Source: Acidobacteriota bacterium
Lineage (GTDB): Bacteria; Acidobacteriota; UBA890; WLXD01
NCBI GenBank assembly: GCA_965248695.1
Contig: CBDFKD010000002.1
Location: forward strand, 1,216,001-1,280,000
Reading direction: 5' to 3'
DNA: 64,000 nucleotides
Translations under genes and position numbers: made by a program
Shown here: positions 8,886 through 19,319 of the stretch, one piece after another
How the letters are laid out: each line of letters opens with the position of its first letter
How positions within the stretch are numbered: the stretch's first letter is position 1
The notes under the pieces: model-generated
Database searches by the model: none
Told to the model about the DNA's origin: nothing
The model's input: only the letters and a program-made list of their open reading frames with translations

Positions 8886-9647
8886 CTATTCGCGCTGGCC
8901 GGTATCAGGCGCGGTTGCCGGCGGTTGCGACCGCACGCCGATGGCCAGGAACAACGAGCCGGCATCGACGTCGTCCCCCGGGCGAATACCGATCAGGTGC
9001 GGAACACCGGGGGTCAGCGTCAACTCGGACGCAACCCTGAAGCGCTCCGCGCCCTCGAGCCAAACGTCGCGAAGCTGCAGCGCACCGGCATCGGCGTCGA
9101 CGCCGACGATCTCGTATCTCAGGGTACGGTTGGCGGACAGCCGGATGTTCTGGCCGGCATCGTCTAGCACTCCAGTCCATTCGCCCACCAGACCGAAGTC
9201 ATCGAACTGCACCAATGTCCCGAGATCGGCCCGCAGATCGGCCAACCGACTGGCGCCGCCGGCGCCGTCGACGACCTCGCTGCGCACGTCGACCGGAGGG
9301 ACCCCGTCGAACCCGCGCACCAGACGCACGTCGAGCTCCCAGGCGGCACCGAACAGTGCAACGGCGGGCGGTGACGGCCTGGCCACCGTGGGCGCAGTCT
9401 CGACGACATCGCTCGGTGACCACAGCACCGCCGCCAGCACGATGACCACCGTGACTGCACCGGCGAAGCGCAATACCGGGCGTCGGTTCGACGCTGCCAG
9501 CAGGTGCGCCAGGCGGCTACCCATCGCTGCCGGCTGAGGCTCCAATCGCGCCTCGATACGCCGCCACTGGGCTTCGGAATCGCGCTCCGTGGTGCGACCG
9601 TGCCGTAGGTTACGAAAGATCTTCTCGGGTCGATGCTTGTCGGTCAT
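8886..9647 (-). CDS. Single-pass membrane hypothetical protein (anti-sigma-like layout)
   Basis: AGGAGG SD before ATG 9647; QWRRIEARL N-terminus then a TM segment. Confidence 0.6.
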   Translation of the reverse strand: MTDKHRPEKIFRNLRHGRTTERDSEAQWRRIEARLEPQPAAMGSRLAHLLAASNRRPVLRFAGAVTVVIVLAAVLWSPSDVVETAPTVARPSPPAVALFGAAWELDVRLVRGFDGVPPVDVRSEVVDGAGGASRLADLRADLGTLVQFDDFGLVGEWTGVLDDAGQNIRLSANRTLRYEIVGVDADAGALQLRDVWLEGAERFRVASELTLTPGVPHLIGIRPGDDVDAGSLFLAIGVRSQPPATAPDTGQRE

Positions 9648-9759
9648 GAAACTCCTCCTGGCATGTATACGAACCGCCTTCCCGAAGCGTCCAAGGCGAT
9701 CGCCGGCGGTGTGGTCTATCCTGACTAGAATGGAAACCGGAATGCCTGACCGAGGACCA

Positions 9760-10705
9760 TTACCGGTGCTGTACCTACGGGGTTTGTCGACGGGCGAGTT
9801 CCGAGAGGCGCTGCCGATCCTACTGGGACAGGAAGCGCGCGGCCTGTGGCCATCGGCGATCTGCCGGCTGACGAACGCTTGGAGCGCCGAGTACGAGGCG
9901 TTCCAGAAACTGGATGTGTCCACCAAGCAGTACGTGTATGTATGGGCCGACGGTGTGCACTTCAACATTCGACTCGAGGATGATCGGCTGTGCACGCTGG
10001 TACTGCTGGGCGTGCTGCAGGACGGCTCCAAGGAGCTCATCGCGGTCGAGGACGGGTATCGAGAGAGCACCGAGAGCTGGGCGTTCGTGCTCAGAGAGCT
10101 GAAGTGTCGAGGGATGTCGGCGCCGCTGGTGGCGGTGGGTGACAGCGCGCGGGGTTTCTGGCCGGCGGTGCGGGAAGTATGGCCCGAGACCCGAGAGCAA
10201 CGATGCTCGGTGCATCGACTTGCCAACGTGCTCGACAAGCTACCCAAGCGCCTCCAGGCCAAGGCCAAGCGCGCGCTCCAGGAGATCATCGGCGCGCCGA
10301 TGCGTGACGATGCCCAAGAGGGCATGGCGCGGTTCGAAGCCGACTACGGAGCCAAGTACCCCAAGGCGGTCGCCTCGTTACAGCGCGACGCCGACAAGCT
10401 GCTGACGTTCTACGACTTTCCCGCCGAACACTGGGTTCACCTGCGCACGGTCAACCCGATCGAGTCAGCCTTCGCCACCGTGCGCCTGAGACAACGTGTC
10501 ACCAAGGCGCTGGCTCACGCACCAAGGCCCTGACGATGGCCTTCAAGCTCCTGACATGGCGCAACGGAGATGGCGCCGCATCAACTCTCCCCACCTCGCT
10601 GCCCTTGTGCTCGAGGGCGCCACCTTCGTAGACGGAGTTCACCTGATCGCTAGCGAACACGCCGCTTGATCAAATCCCTCCATCCACAACATTTGCAAAT
10701 AACTC
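9760..10705 (+). mobile_element. IS256-family remnant (5'-truncated, frameshifted transposase, right end present)
   Basis: LYLRGLSTGEF, YVWADGVHF, QRCSVH, RTVNPIESAFATVR; frameshift near 10510; end CCACAACATTTGCAAATAACTC. Confidence 0.85.
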
Positions 10706-10724
10706 CTGCGTGTAAACTTCTGTC

Positions 10725-10909
10725 TGAATTCGAGACCGGCTCCGAGACCCGCGCCGGCATCGGCTCGTGGATGGACTTCTACAACGAGCGCAGACCCCGT
10801 TCGGCGCTCGACGATCGCACGCCCGAGGACGGGGCTGGCAGCCTAAACCATGAACCCCGATTCCACCTTAATTTCCTCGCAAAACTATCCGAAAGATGGG
10901 CCCCACCTC
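10725..10909 (+). mobile_element. 3' fragment of another IS3-family element
   Basis: FETGSETRAGIGSWMDFYNERRPRSAL OrfB tail followed by an IRR-like end. Confidence 0.7.
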
Positions 10910-10993
10910 TCCAGGACGATGGCATGCTTGGCTCGATATTGCTGGCTCGCCTCGCTGTGAACCGCTGAAGGAAAGCACGAGAGAACAGATCGC

Positions 10994-11415
10994 GTGCGCT
11001 GGCTGATCGACTTCTCGGTGCGTCGACCCATTGCAGTGGGCATGCTGTACTGTGCGCTCTCGCCCTTCTCGCGTGGCCCGCCTGTCCGAGCTGCCCGTCG
11101 ACGTTGCTCCTGAGGGCGAGTTCCCCGAGATCATCATCTCGACGAGCTGGCCGGGGGCCTCTCCGGTGTCGATTCAGAGCCTGATCACAAGTCCGATCGA
11201 GTCCGTCTCGGTCACGGTGCCCGGCGTTCACAAGGTGACGTCGACTTCGCAGCCTGGCACGTCGAACGTCACCGTGCAGTTCGTCGAGAGCGCCAACCTC
11301 GACCTGGCGCGCTTCGAGCTGGCGGATCGACTCTCGCTGCTGCACGACGAGCTGCCGCCAGGCATCCCGCTGCCGACGCTGCGGGCCAACCTTCCCCGTC
11401 AGTTCCGCGAGCTCG
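10994..11415 (+). pseudogene. Degenerate 5' fragment of an RND permease paralogous to 27419-30547
   Basis: MRWLIDFSVRRPIAVGMLYC...EFPEIIISTSWPGASP...LRANLPRQFREL, frameshifted. Confidence 0.85.
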
Positions 11416-11945
11416 TCCAGAAGATGCGCGAGCTTAACCAGCGCGGTTCCCTGAAGGACTTTCACGACCGCGTCTACAAGATCCGGCTTCCTGCCGATGG
11501 TGCTGGTGCTTGAAGCGCTGTTCCACCAGCTTGAGCAGGAGTTCGGTGGCGCCGTCGCCGATTGAGGAGAAGACGATGAAACAGCTCGACAAAAGGGGCT
11601 GGGTTGCAGCCGCTCTGGTCCTCGGTGCAATCGCCATCGGCGGCAGCAGTCGACTGAGGGGCAAGACGCTCAACGGGGAGTTCGAGGCGCTGATCGAACG
11701 CTACCTCGCCGAGGTGCGCGGCGTCGGCGCCACCGTCGAGTCCCACGACATGAGGGTCGCTGCGTTCGAGCGCGACATCGAGGTGCAGCGTCGCATCCTG
11801 GCCGACCTGCGTTCCATCGACCGCGCCACCCTGAGCTTCGATCAGGATATCGACTACCGATTCCTGCAGAGCATCTTGAGGGGCAACATCATCTGGGTCG
11901 AGATCGTGGAGCGCTAGCGCCAGGACCCTCGCGGCTACTTCGGCA
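11416..11945 (+). pseudogene. DUF885-like fragments (C-terminal tail of one gene, N-terminus of the next with a nonsense codon)
   Basis: SLKDFHDRVYKI tail; ATG 11576 signal peptide, LRSIDRATLSFDQDIDY, then ER*RQDPRGY. Confidence 0.55.
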
Positions 11946-12005
11946 TCGGCCGCGGCTGGAGCGTGCGCGGTTCACGTCGGAGGGGGACGGTCCTGGCCTG
12001 GACGG

Positions 12006-13088
12006 CTACTCACACACTGGCGGTGCCGTGTAGTCTAGATCTAGTAGTCGGAAATAGTTCTGCCCCAACGCGATATTCCGAAAGGCGGTATCGTGCAGGT
12101 CGCGAAGGATCTGACTCGTGACGTGTAGCTCCGTTCGATAGATGTCGATGTCCTTGTCCCTCGACGCCAAGAAGTCCGTGCCGGGCAGGATCCGTTCCGA
12201 GTAGTCATTCAAGAACGGTACATAGAGCGCCCGTTTGTCCGGCTGTGAGAAATAGGCGTCGTCGATCACCCGCCAAGAGATATCCACCATCAGCTTCGGG
12301 TAGCGATCCAGCAGCGACGTTATCGTCTGGATGTGCTGGGCGGCGGTCATGTCGACCAGTTCACGGGACAGCCCCATATGCACCCAAACGATTGCGTTAT
12401 CAGGATACAAGCGCAGCACTTCCTGCAGGAGAGGCAGGTATCGAGTTGGATCCTCGTCCGTGCCCAGATCCGCGTGTACCGCAAGCGGGATGTTTCGTTC
12501 CCCCAGCGCTTCCATGAAGGGCGCCCACCCCGTGAGGGCGGCCATGGAGACCGGCGTATGCCCGTTAGGGAACAACGCTTGTTTTACCAGGTTTACCTCG
12601 CCCATCCAGGTGAACGCGCCGGGGTATTCTTTCTCCAAGAGGTGCATCCCTCGGAGGATCGCCTCCGGGCGCGACAAGTCCGGGAACGTCATCGAGAGCG
12701 TCAAATGGACGCCAGGGTGCGTATTCATGATGTAGTTGGCAGCATTGACGAAGTCGTTCTTCAGCGTTGGCGTCACTGGCGTGCCTGGGCACTCCAGGTA
12801 ATAGGTGCAGGACGACGCCGGGGGCAGCATCTGACCAATGCCAGAGATGTTGGCGAACAGGACGCCGGTCTCTTGGAGGTACGAGACCATCTCCTCGAAC
12901 GGGATCGCGGAGCCTCCAAATGGACGGAAGTGCAAGTGGGTATCAACGACTGCGGTCTGGGATTGGCTGGAGCGGTCGTAACAGGACGGGTCTTCGATCT
13001 GGAACATCTCCAACGTCGGCTTCGAGACGCATCCAGCGGTGCCTGAGACGCCGATCAGAAGCACTAGGACGCATGTGGGTAGTTTCAT
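12006..13088 (-). CDS. Amidohydrolase-family (TIM-barrel metallohydrolase) lipoprotein
   Basis: Lipobox TAGC; VVDTHLH, GEVNLVK, VHAD, WVHMG, DISW, GTDF motifs. Confidence 0.8.
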   Translation of the reverse strand: MKLPTCVLVLLIGVSGTAGCVSKPTLEMFQIEDPSCYDRSSQSQTAVVDTHLHFRPFGGSAIPFEEMVSYLQETGVLFANISGIGQMLPPASSCTYYLECPGTPVTPTLKNDFVNAANYIMNTHPGVHLTLSMTFPDLSRPEAILRGMHLLEKEYPGAFTWMGEVNLVKQALFPNGHTPVSMAALTGWAPFMEALGERNIPLAVHADLGTDEDPTRYLPLLQEVLRLYPDNAIVWVHMGLSRELVDMTAAQHIQTITSLLDRYPKLMVDISWRVIDDAYFSQPDKRALYVPFLNDYSERILPGTDFLASRDKDIDIYRTELHVTSQILRDLHDTAFRNIALGQNYFRLLDLDYTAPPVCE

Positions 13089-13345
13089 CCCTGGACCCAG
13101 ACCGCGTATTCGGTCGACGCTGAGCACCTCGCGACGTGCCCTTCTTGGATGACGTGCGGCCCGTGTCGTTGCCAGCTGGCTCGACGCAGGCGTGGCGAGA
13201 TGATTACCACAGCGGCGCAAATTCATAAGAGAGCAGCGGTGATGGCGTAACATTGATTATCCCCCAGATGAATTTCCAGCGATTCCACTTCCCCCCAGCC
13301 GTGGCAGCCAACCGTGAGTCTGCCACTGGGCCCCACTCTCTGACG

Positions 13346-14035
13346 CTATTGCTCCCAGGTGTGTCGGATACGAGCGTAGTAGTACGCGCCGTTGAAGCCC
13401 CACGGCGTGTACTCGCTGTACCGCTCGCCGACGCTTCGCGCATTTGGACTCTCGTCGGGAACGTGTTGAACACGTTCTGGCTACCGAACGCGAGCGTGGT
13501 GTCGTCCGACAGCGGAATGCCCAGTTCGACGTCGACGACCGGTTTGCCGCTGAAGAGGGTCTGCGCACTGTCCCAATCGAACCAGGCGCCGTAGTAGCTG
13601 ATCCGCCCGAGGAGGTCCAGCGCACCAGCGCGCTGAGTGACCCTGACGTTCCAGCGGTTCTTGGGCAGCGCCTCCTGCAGCTCGCGAATCCGTCTCGCGA
13701 CGTTGAGCAGCTTCGGATCGAAATGGGTCACCTCGGTCGTCGTGTGGTTGAAGACGGCGCTGAAGACGGTGTCGCCGCCGAAGGCGGGCGGGACGTAGGT
13801 CGAGACGATGTCGAGGCCCTGTGTTGTGGTGGCGACCGCGTTGGTGAAGAACCGGAAGCTGGCGAGGCCCCGTGCGTTCTGGACCCCCTCGGCCAGGAGC
13901 TGGTCGACCTCGCCCGGTGTGAGCGTGAAGTCCTGCGTCACGGCGATCCGGTCGGCCAGGTCGATGCGGAAGTAGTCAACCGTCAGGATGAACGGCCCGT
14001 GATCGATGACGGCCCCGACCGCGTAGTTGTGCGAT
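13346..14035 (-). pseudogene. TonB-dependent receptor C-terminal fragment, frameshifted
   Basis: DYFRIDLADRI, RFFTNAVATTTQGLD, GSQNVFNTFP; after a frameshift near 13455, YTPWGFNGAYYYARI. Confidence 0.8.
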
Positions 14036-14082
14036 AGTCTCGAGGGGGCCTGATCATCAGGACGCCTTAAACGACTTACTCG

Positions 14083-14601
14083 ATGAGTTCTTCAAACGTG
14101 GCCTTCTGGTCTGTCCTGATGGATCGTCTCGATCCGCTCCTGCAACCGAGCATCCTCACGCGCTCGCTGGCTCGGGCGCCGCTGGCGCCACGCGTAGTAC
14201 CCGCTGGTGGAGATCTCCAGCACGCGGCACATCGTGGCTACCGGATAGTTGGCCTGGTGGGCGCTCACGAACTGGAACCCTTCTTGGGCACCGACGTTGC
14301 CAGGATTTCTCGCTCGACTTTGAGCTGCCAAACCTCACGCCGAAGACGCCGCAGCTCTTCCCGCTCCTTCGTGCTCAGTCCCTCTGCGGTGTGCCCCTCG
14401 TCTCGGTCCGCTTGCTTGACCCACTGGTGGATCGTCCAGTACGACGGCTCGAACTCCTCCGCCAGTTCGTACGCGCTTCGGCCGGCTCTGGCCAGCTCGA
14501 TGATCTGCCGCCGGTACTCCGGCGGATACGGTCTTGTTCTCGACATGGTGGATCTCCTCCACCCCAAGCTCGACACTGTCCACCAACCTCACGCAACTCC
14601 A
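14083..14601 (-). mobile_element. IS3-family 5' remnant (left end, orfA, start of orfB, with deletions)
   Basis: End TGGAGTTGCGTGAGGTTGGTGGACA; MSRTRPYPPEYRRQIIELARAG; YPVATMCRVLEISTSGYYAW. Confidence 0.85.
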
Positions 14602-14677
14602 CGGTGGCTCCGGCGCGGCTTGACTGCTCTCATGCGATCCTCTGCAGCAATTGGGGCACATGCGGAGTTTGGACGAT

Positions 14678-15241
14678 ATGATGAGATGCTATCAGCCACT
14701 CGTAGTTGGGTTAACTTTTACCGTCCTTGGGCTATTTGGGCCTGCTGCCGCTCACGCCCATCAAGACGCGGTGATTTCCGGCACGGTTACCAGTGCGGAG
14801 TTCAGCCTTCCCGGCGTCACCGTCCAGGTACGCAGCTCAATGCCTGGCGGTCAGATCCGGCGGACCACGTACACCGACAATAGCGGCAAGTTCACGATCG
14901 CGCTGCCACCTGGTGTGTATGACGTGACGTTGAGCCTGCCCGGCTTCGCCACGGTCATGCGCGAGCGGTTGGATATCATCGCCAGGGCGACGGTAACTCT
15001 CGATATTGAGATGTCCGTGCGACTCCAAGAGGAAGTAGTCGTTGTCGGCAGTCGTGCGCAGCCGCGGTCGGCGACCGAGTCTACAGTGCCGGTCGACGTC
15101 ATCAGTGCCGATGAACTCGCCAGCCAAGGCGATGTCGATATCACCAGCCAGCTGCGCACGGTCGTTCCCTCCTTTAACGTCAACAGGCAGCCGATCAGCG
15201 ATGCGGCCACCATTGTACGGCCGGCCAACCGGATCCGGCCC
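14678..15241 (+). pseudogene. TonB-dependent receptor N-terminal fragment (carboxypeptidase-regulatory-like domain plus start of plug), cut by IS256
   Basis: Signal peptide; LPPGVYDVTLSLPGF; EEVVVVGSRAQPRSATESTVPVDVI. Confidence 0.85.
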
Positions 15242-16158
15242 GAGTCCTGTGGAAATAAAGATGGCGTAACCTCCGAGTAGGAAAAACACAAAGCCGCCAC
15301 GAGCGGCAGGAGGCTACGCCGTGAAGCAGGTTAGCACGGAGGGAACCGGGCTCGTCGAGTTCCGGCAGGACGTACAGGCGCTGTTGCGCACCAGGATCCG
15401 CGAGGCGATCCAGATGACGCTTGACGAGGAGCTCACCGAGGCGCTGGGTTGCGACCGATACGAGCGCAACGGGCAGCGGCGAGGCTACCGCAACGGCAGC
15501 CAAAGGCGTCGGGTGACGACAGCCCAAGGGCTCCAGGAGCTGGACATACCGCGGGGGCGCATCGTGGGGCAAGACGGCAGCACCCGAGAGTTCCGCAGCG
15601 CGATCCTGCCACGGTACGCACGGCGAGCCCGGCAGGTGGACGAGGCGATCCTGGGAGCATACCTGGCGGGAGCCAACACCCGGCGGATCCGCAAGGCGCT
15701 CTCTCCGCTGCTGGGCAAGGCGCACCTGACCAAGAGCACGATCTCCAGGGTGGTGGGGCGCCTGAAGGCGTACTTCGAGCGCTGGAGACAGCGAGATGTG
15801 TCAGGCGAGCGGTACTGGATCCTGTATTTGGACGGGTTCCATCTGAAGGTCAGGCTGGCGAGGCGGGTCGTGTCGGCGCCGGTACTGGCGGTGCTCGGGG
15901 TCCAGCCCGACGGCCAGAAGGTGTTGGTAGCGTTGCAGTTGGCGGTCTCGGAGGCAGCGGTGCACTGGCAAGGACTGATCGAGTCGCTGGTGAGACGAGG
16001 GCTGCAGGCGCCGGAGGTGCTGATCGCCGACGGCCACAAGGGCCTGGCCAAGGCGATCGAGGTATGGCCCGATGTGTCGGTGCAGCGGTGCACACAACAC
16101 AAGTGGAGCAACTTACGCGACCACTGCCCGGTTCATGCACGTGCGGAGATGAAGCGGG
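15242..16158 (+). mobile_element. IS256-family element, left end and transposase 15321-16158, truncated by IS3 copy 2
   Basis: End GAGTCCTGTGGAAAT; GYRNG, LYLDG, IADGHKGL, QRCTQHK motifs. Confidence 0.9.
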
Positions 16159-17220
16159 TGACCTGACCCCCGAAAACGGATCCGGATGTAATCTCACGAT
16201 CTGGGTCAAGAACGGGAGGTCAGAATGCCGAGTAAGAGGCACAGCGCCGAGCAGATCGTACGCAAGCTCCGGGAGGCTGAGGTGGAGCTGGCTCGAGGGG
16301 CGACGGTCAAGGACGCCTGCCGCAAGCTAGCAATCACCGAGCACACCTACTACCGGTGGCGGCGAGAGTACGGCGGACTGAAGCTCAACCAGGCCAGAAA
16401 GCTCAAGCAACTGGAGAAGGAGAATGCCCGGCTCAAGAGGCTGGTGGCGGAAAAGGAACTCGACCTGTCGATCCTGAAGGAAGTGGCGGAGGGAAACTTC
16501 TGAGCCCAGCTCGGCGGCGAGAGGCGGTGGCACATGTACGGGGGCGGCTGGGCGTCTCGGAGAGGCGGGCGTGTCGGGTACTGAAACAACCACGCACGAC
16601 ACACCGGTACGTGCCAAGAGAGCCGCAACAGGAGCAGATTTTGACGGAGCGGATCGTGGATTTAGCCCGACAGTACGGGCGCTACGGATATCGGAGGGTG
16701 ACAGCGTTGCTGCGCATGGAGGGCTGGTCCGTGAACCACAAACGAGTGCAGCGTATCTGGCGGCGCGAAGGGCTGAAAGTACCGAGAAAACAGCCCAAAC
16801 GAGCACGGCTGTGGCTGAGCGATGGCTCCTGCATCCGGCTGCGCCCACAGCACCGGGATCATGTCTGGGCGTATGACTTCCTGCACCACCGGACGCACGA
16901 CGGTCGGGCTATGAGGCTGCTGACGATCGTCGATGAGTACACACGAGAAAGCCTGGCGATCCATGTAGCACGGAAGCTCAACTCTGAGGACGTGCTGGAG
17001 CAGCTCGGGAGGTTGTTCGTACACCGGGGCATACCTGAGCACATCCGGTCGGATAACGGACCAGAGTTCACCGCCGAGGCGGTTCGCGACTGGCTGGGCC
17101 GGTTGGGCGTGGGGACGCTGTTCATCGAGCCGGGCTCGCCGTGGGAGAACGGTTACGTGGAGAGCTTCAACGGCAAGCTACGCGACGAGCTGCTGGATGG
17201 AGAGATCTTCTACACGCTCA
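16159..17220 (+). mobile_element. IS407-group element copy 2, lacking its last ~198 bp
   Basis: Matches copy 1 apart from a synonymous T>C noticed at 16314; interrupted by copy 3. Confidence 0.95.
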
Positions 17221-18480
17221 TGACCTGACCCCCGAAAACGGATCCGGATGTAATCTCACGATCTGGGTCAAGAACGGGAGGTCAGAATGCCGAGTAAGAG
17301 GCACAGCGCCGAGCAGATCGTACGCAAGCTCCGGGAGGCTGAGGTGGAGCTGGCTCGAGGGGCGACGGTCAAGGATGCCTGCCGCAAGCTAGCAATCACC
17401 GAGCACACCTACTACCGGTGGCGGCGAGAGTACGGCGGACTGAAGCTCAACCAGGCCAGAAAGCTCAAGCAACTGGAGAAGGAGAATGCCCGGCTCAAGA
17501 GGCTGGTGGCGGAAAAGGAACTCGACCTGTCGATCCTGAAGGAAGTGGCGGAGGGAAACTTCTGAGCCCAGCTCGGCGGCGAGAGGCGGTGGCACATGTA
17601 CGGGGGCGGCTGGGCGTCTCGGAGAGGCGGGCGTGTCGGGTACTGAAACAACCACGCACGACACACCGGTACGTGCCAAGAGAGCCGCAACAGGAGCAGA
17701 TTTTGACGGAGCGGATCGTGGATTTAGCCCGACAGTACGGGCGCTACGGATATCGGAGGGTGACAGCGTTGCTGCGCATGGAGGGCTGGTCCGTGAACCA
17801 CAAACGAGTGCAGCGTATCTGGCGGCGCGAAGGGCTGAAAGTACCGAGAAAACAGCCCAAACGAGCACGGCTGTGGCTGAGCGATGGCTCCTGCATCCGG
17901 CTGCGCCCACAGCACCGGGATCATGTCTGGGCGTATGACTTCCTGCACCACCGGACGCACGACGGTCGGGCTATGAGGCTGCTGACGATCGTCGATGAGT
18001 ACACACGAGAAAGCCTGGCGATCCATGTAGCACGGAAGCTCAACTCTGAGGACGTGCTGGAGCAGCTCGGGAGGTTGTTCGTACACCGGGGCATACCTGA
18101 GCACATCCGGTCGGATAACGGACCAGAGTTCACCGCCGAGGCGGTTCGCGACTGGCTGGGCCGGTTGGGCGTGGGGACGCTGTTCATCGAGCCGGGCTCG
18201 CCGTGGGAGAACGGTTACGTGGAGAGCTTCAACGGCAAGCTACGCGACGAGCTGCTGGATGGAGAGATCTTCTACACGCTCAAGGAGGCAAAGGTTCTGA
18301 TCGAGAGATGGCGTCAGCACTACAACCGCATGCGACCGCACAGCTCGCTGAGCTATCGGCCGCCCGCACCCGAAGCGACGTTGTTGAAGCCGGCTGCGCT
18401 CCGCTTCGCCGGCCTCAACAACCTCTTGTCAGCACCGAGTTACTGAGATAAGACATGGTACTAACCGCGGGGTCAGGTCA
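17221..18480 (+). mobile_element. IS407-group element copy 3, complete, 1260 bp (orfA 17287-17565, orfB to 18446)
   Basis: Same TIRs and ORFs as copy 1; flanks CTCA vs GGCC, no TSD. Confidence 0.95.
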
Positions 18481-18569
18481 GGCCACGCCCGAGGCGAACT
18501 ACAACACCGGCCCGCACCTACGACTTCGAATCCAAGCGGTCACCTGTCCAACGCAACAGGGTAGCTCCA
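18481..18569 (+). mobile_element. Right-end remnant of another IS3-family element
   Basis: Ends CTGTCCAACGCAACAGGGTAGCTCCA, resembling the IS3 end at 14601. Confidence 0.6.
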
Positions 18570-18580
18570 GTACCTTCTCA

Positions 18581-19045
18581 CTAGCGTTCACACTTGCACC
18601 GCAGCGTTAGCTCGATGTCAAACCAGCCTGTGCAAGTCCACTCGGTTTCACCATCGTCACACCCACCCTTTTCCGTGGAATCGACACATGCCCAATTCCC
18701 AAGCTGGGCGATCTTTCCGCCACTCCATTTCTCCTTGCAAGTAGCGGGCGCGGCGCATCCTGGTCGCTTGTCGCAATCCAGGCCTGCAGCCTTGCGCACC
18801 ATTTTTTGTATCTCCTCATTGCGCCGTCGGTTGGCTTCCCTCTCAGCCGCAGCAGCCGCAGCGGCACAGACCTTGAACTCGACCTTCCGGTTCTTCCAGG
18901 TAGCGCTGAACTTGGCCGGACAATCACCTGGTTTCGCCTTCATGACGTAGTCGAAGACCGGTTCGTCGGTCTCCGCGACTTGGCACTCGAGCATTGAAAC
19001 CCGGTCGGCAAGGTCCGTCAGTTCGGTGCGCAGCTCGTCTTTCAT
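18581..19045 (-). CDS. Cysteine-rich hypothetical protein
   Basis: GAGGAGGGAG SD; 154 aa with 11 Cys. Confidence 0.65.
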   Translation of the reverse strand: MKDELRTELTDLADRVSMLECQVAETDEPVFDYVMKAKPGDCPAKFSATWKNRKVEFKVCAAAAAAAEREANRRRNEEIQKMVRKAAGLDCDKRPGCAAPATCKEKWSGGKIAQLGNWACVDSTEKGGCDDGETEWTCTGWFDIELTLRCKCER

Positions 19046-19319
19046 GTACTCCCTCCTCGTTGTCCGCCTTCCGCACAGGATCTTCTTGAATACCTACCGC
19101 CCGTCAGCGTTCTAGCGGGTCCGGAACATCGTGAACGACTACATGGGCAGCGTCCAGGCGGAGCTGTGGGAGTGGATTGACAGCACCGTCGCGCACCTCT
19201 GGTCAGTACAGCAACTCATGGTCATTGCCAACTTTCGATCTGAGCCCGTGGAGCTGTCGGAGCTCTCTGACATCGATCGCATCGCCGGCAGGTAGCCGGC
19301 ACTGTCCATCGGATCGAAA

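Noticed and set aside
8886-10325. 479-aa minus-strand ORF
   Set aside because: The N-terminal half is antisense to the IS256 remnant; the SD-supported start is 9647.
6941-18480. Composite transposon bounded by IS copies 1 and 3
   Set aside because: The outer flanks (CTTT / GGCC) form no TSD and the interior is mostly gene debris.
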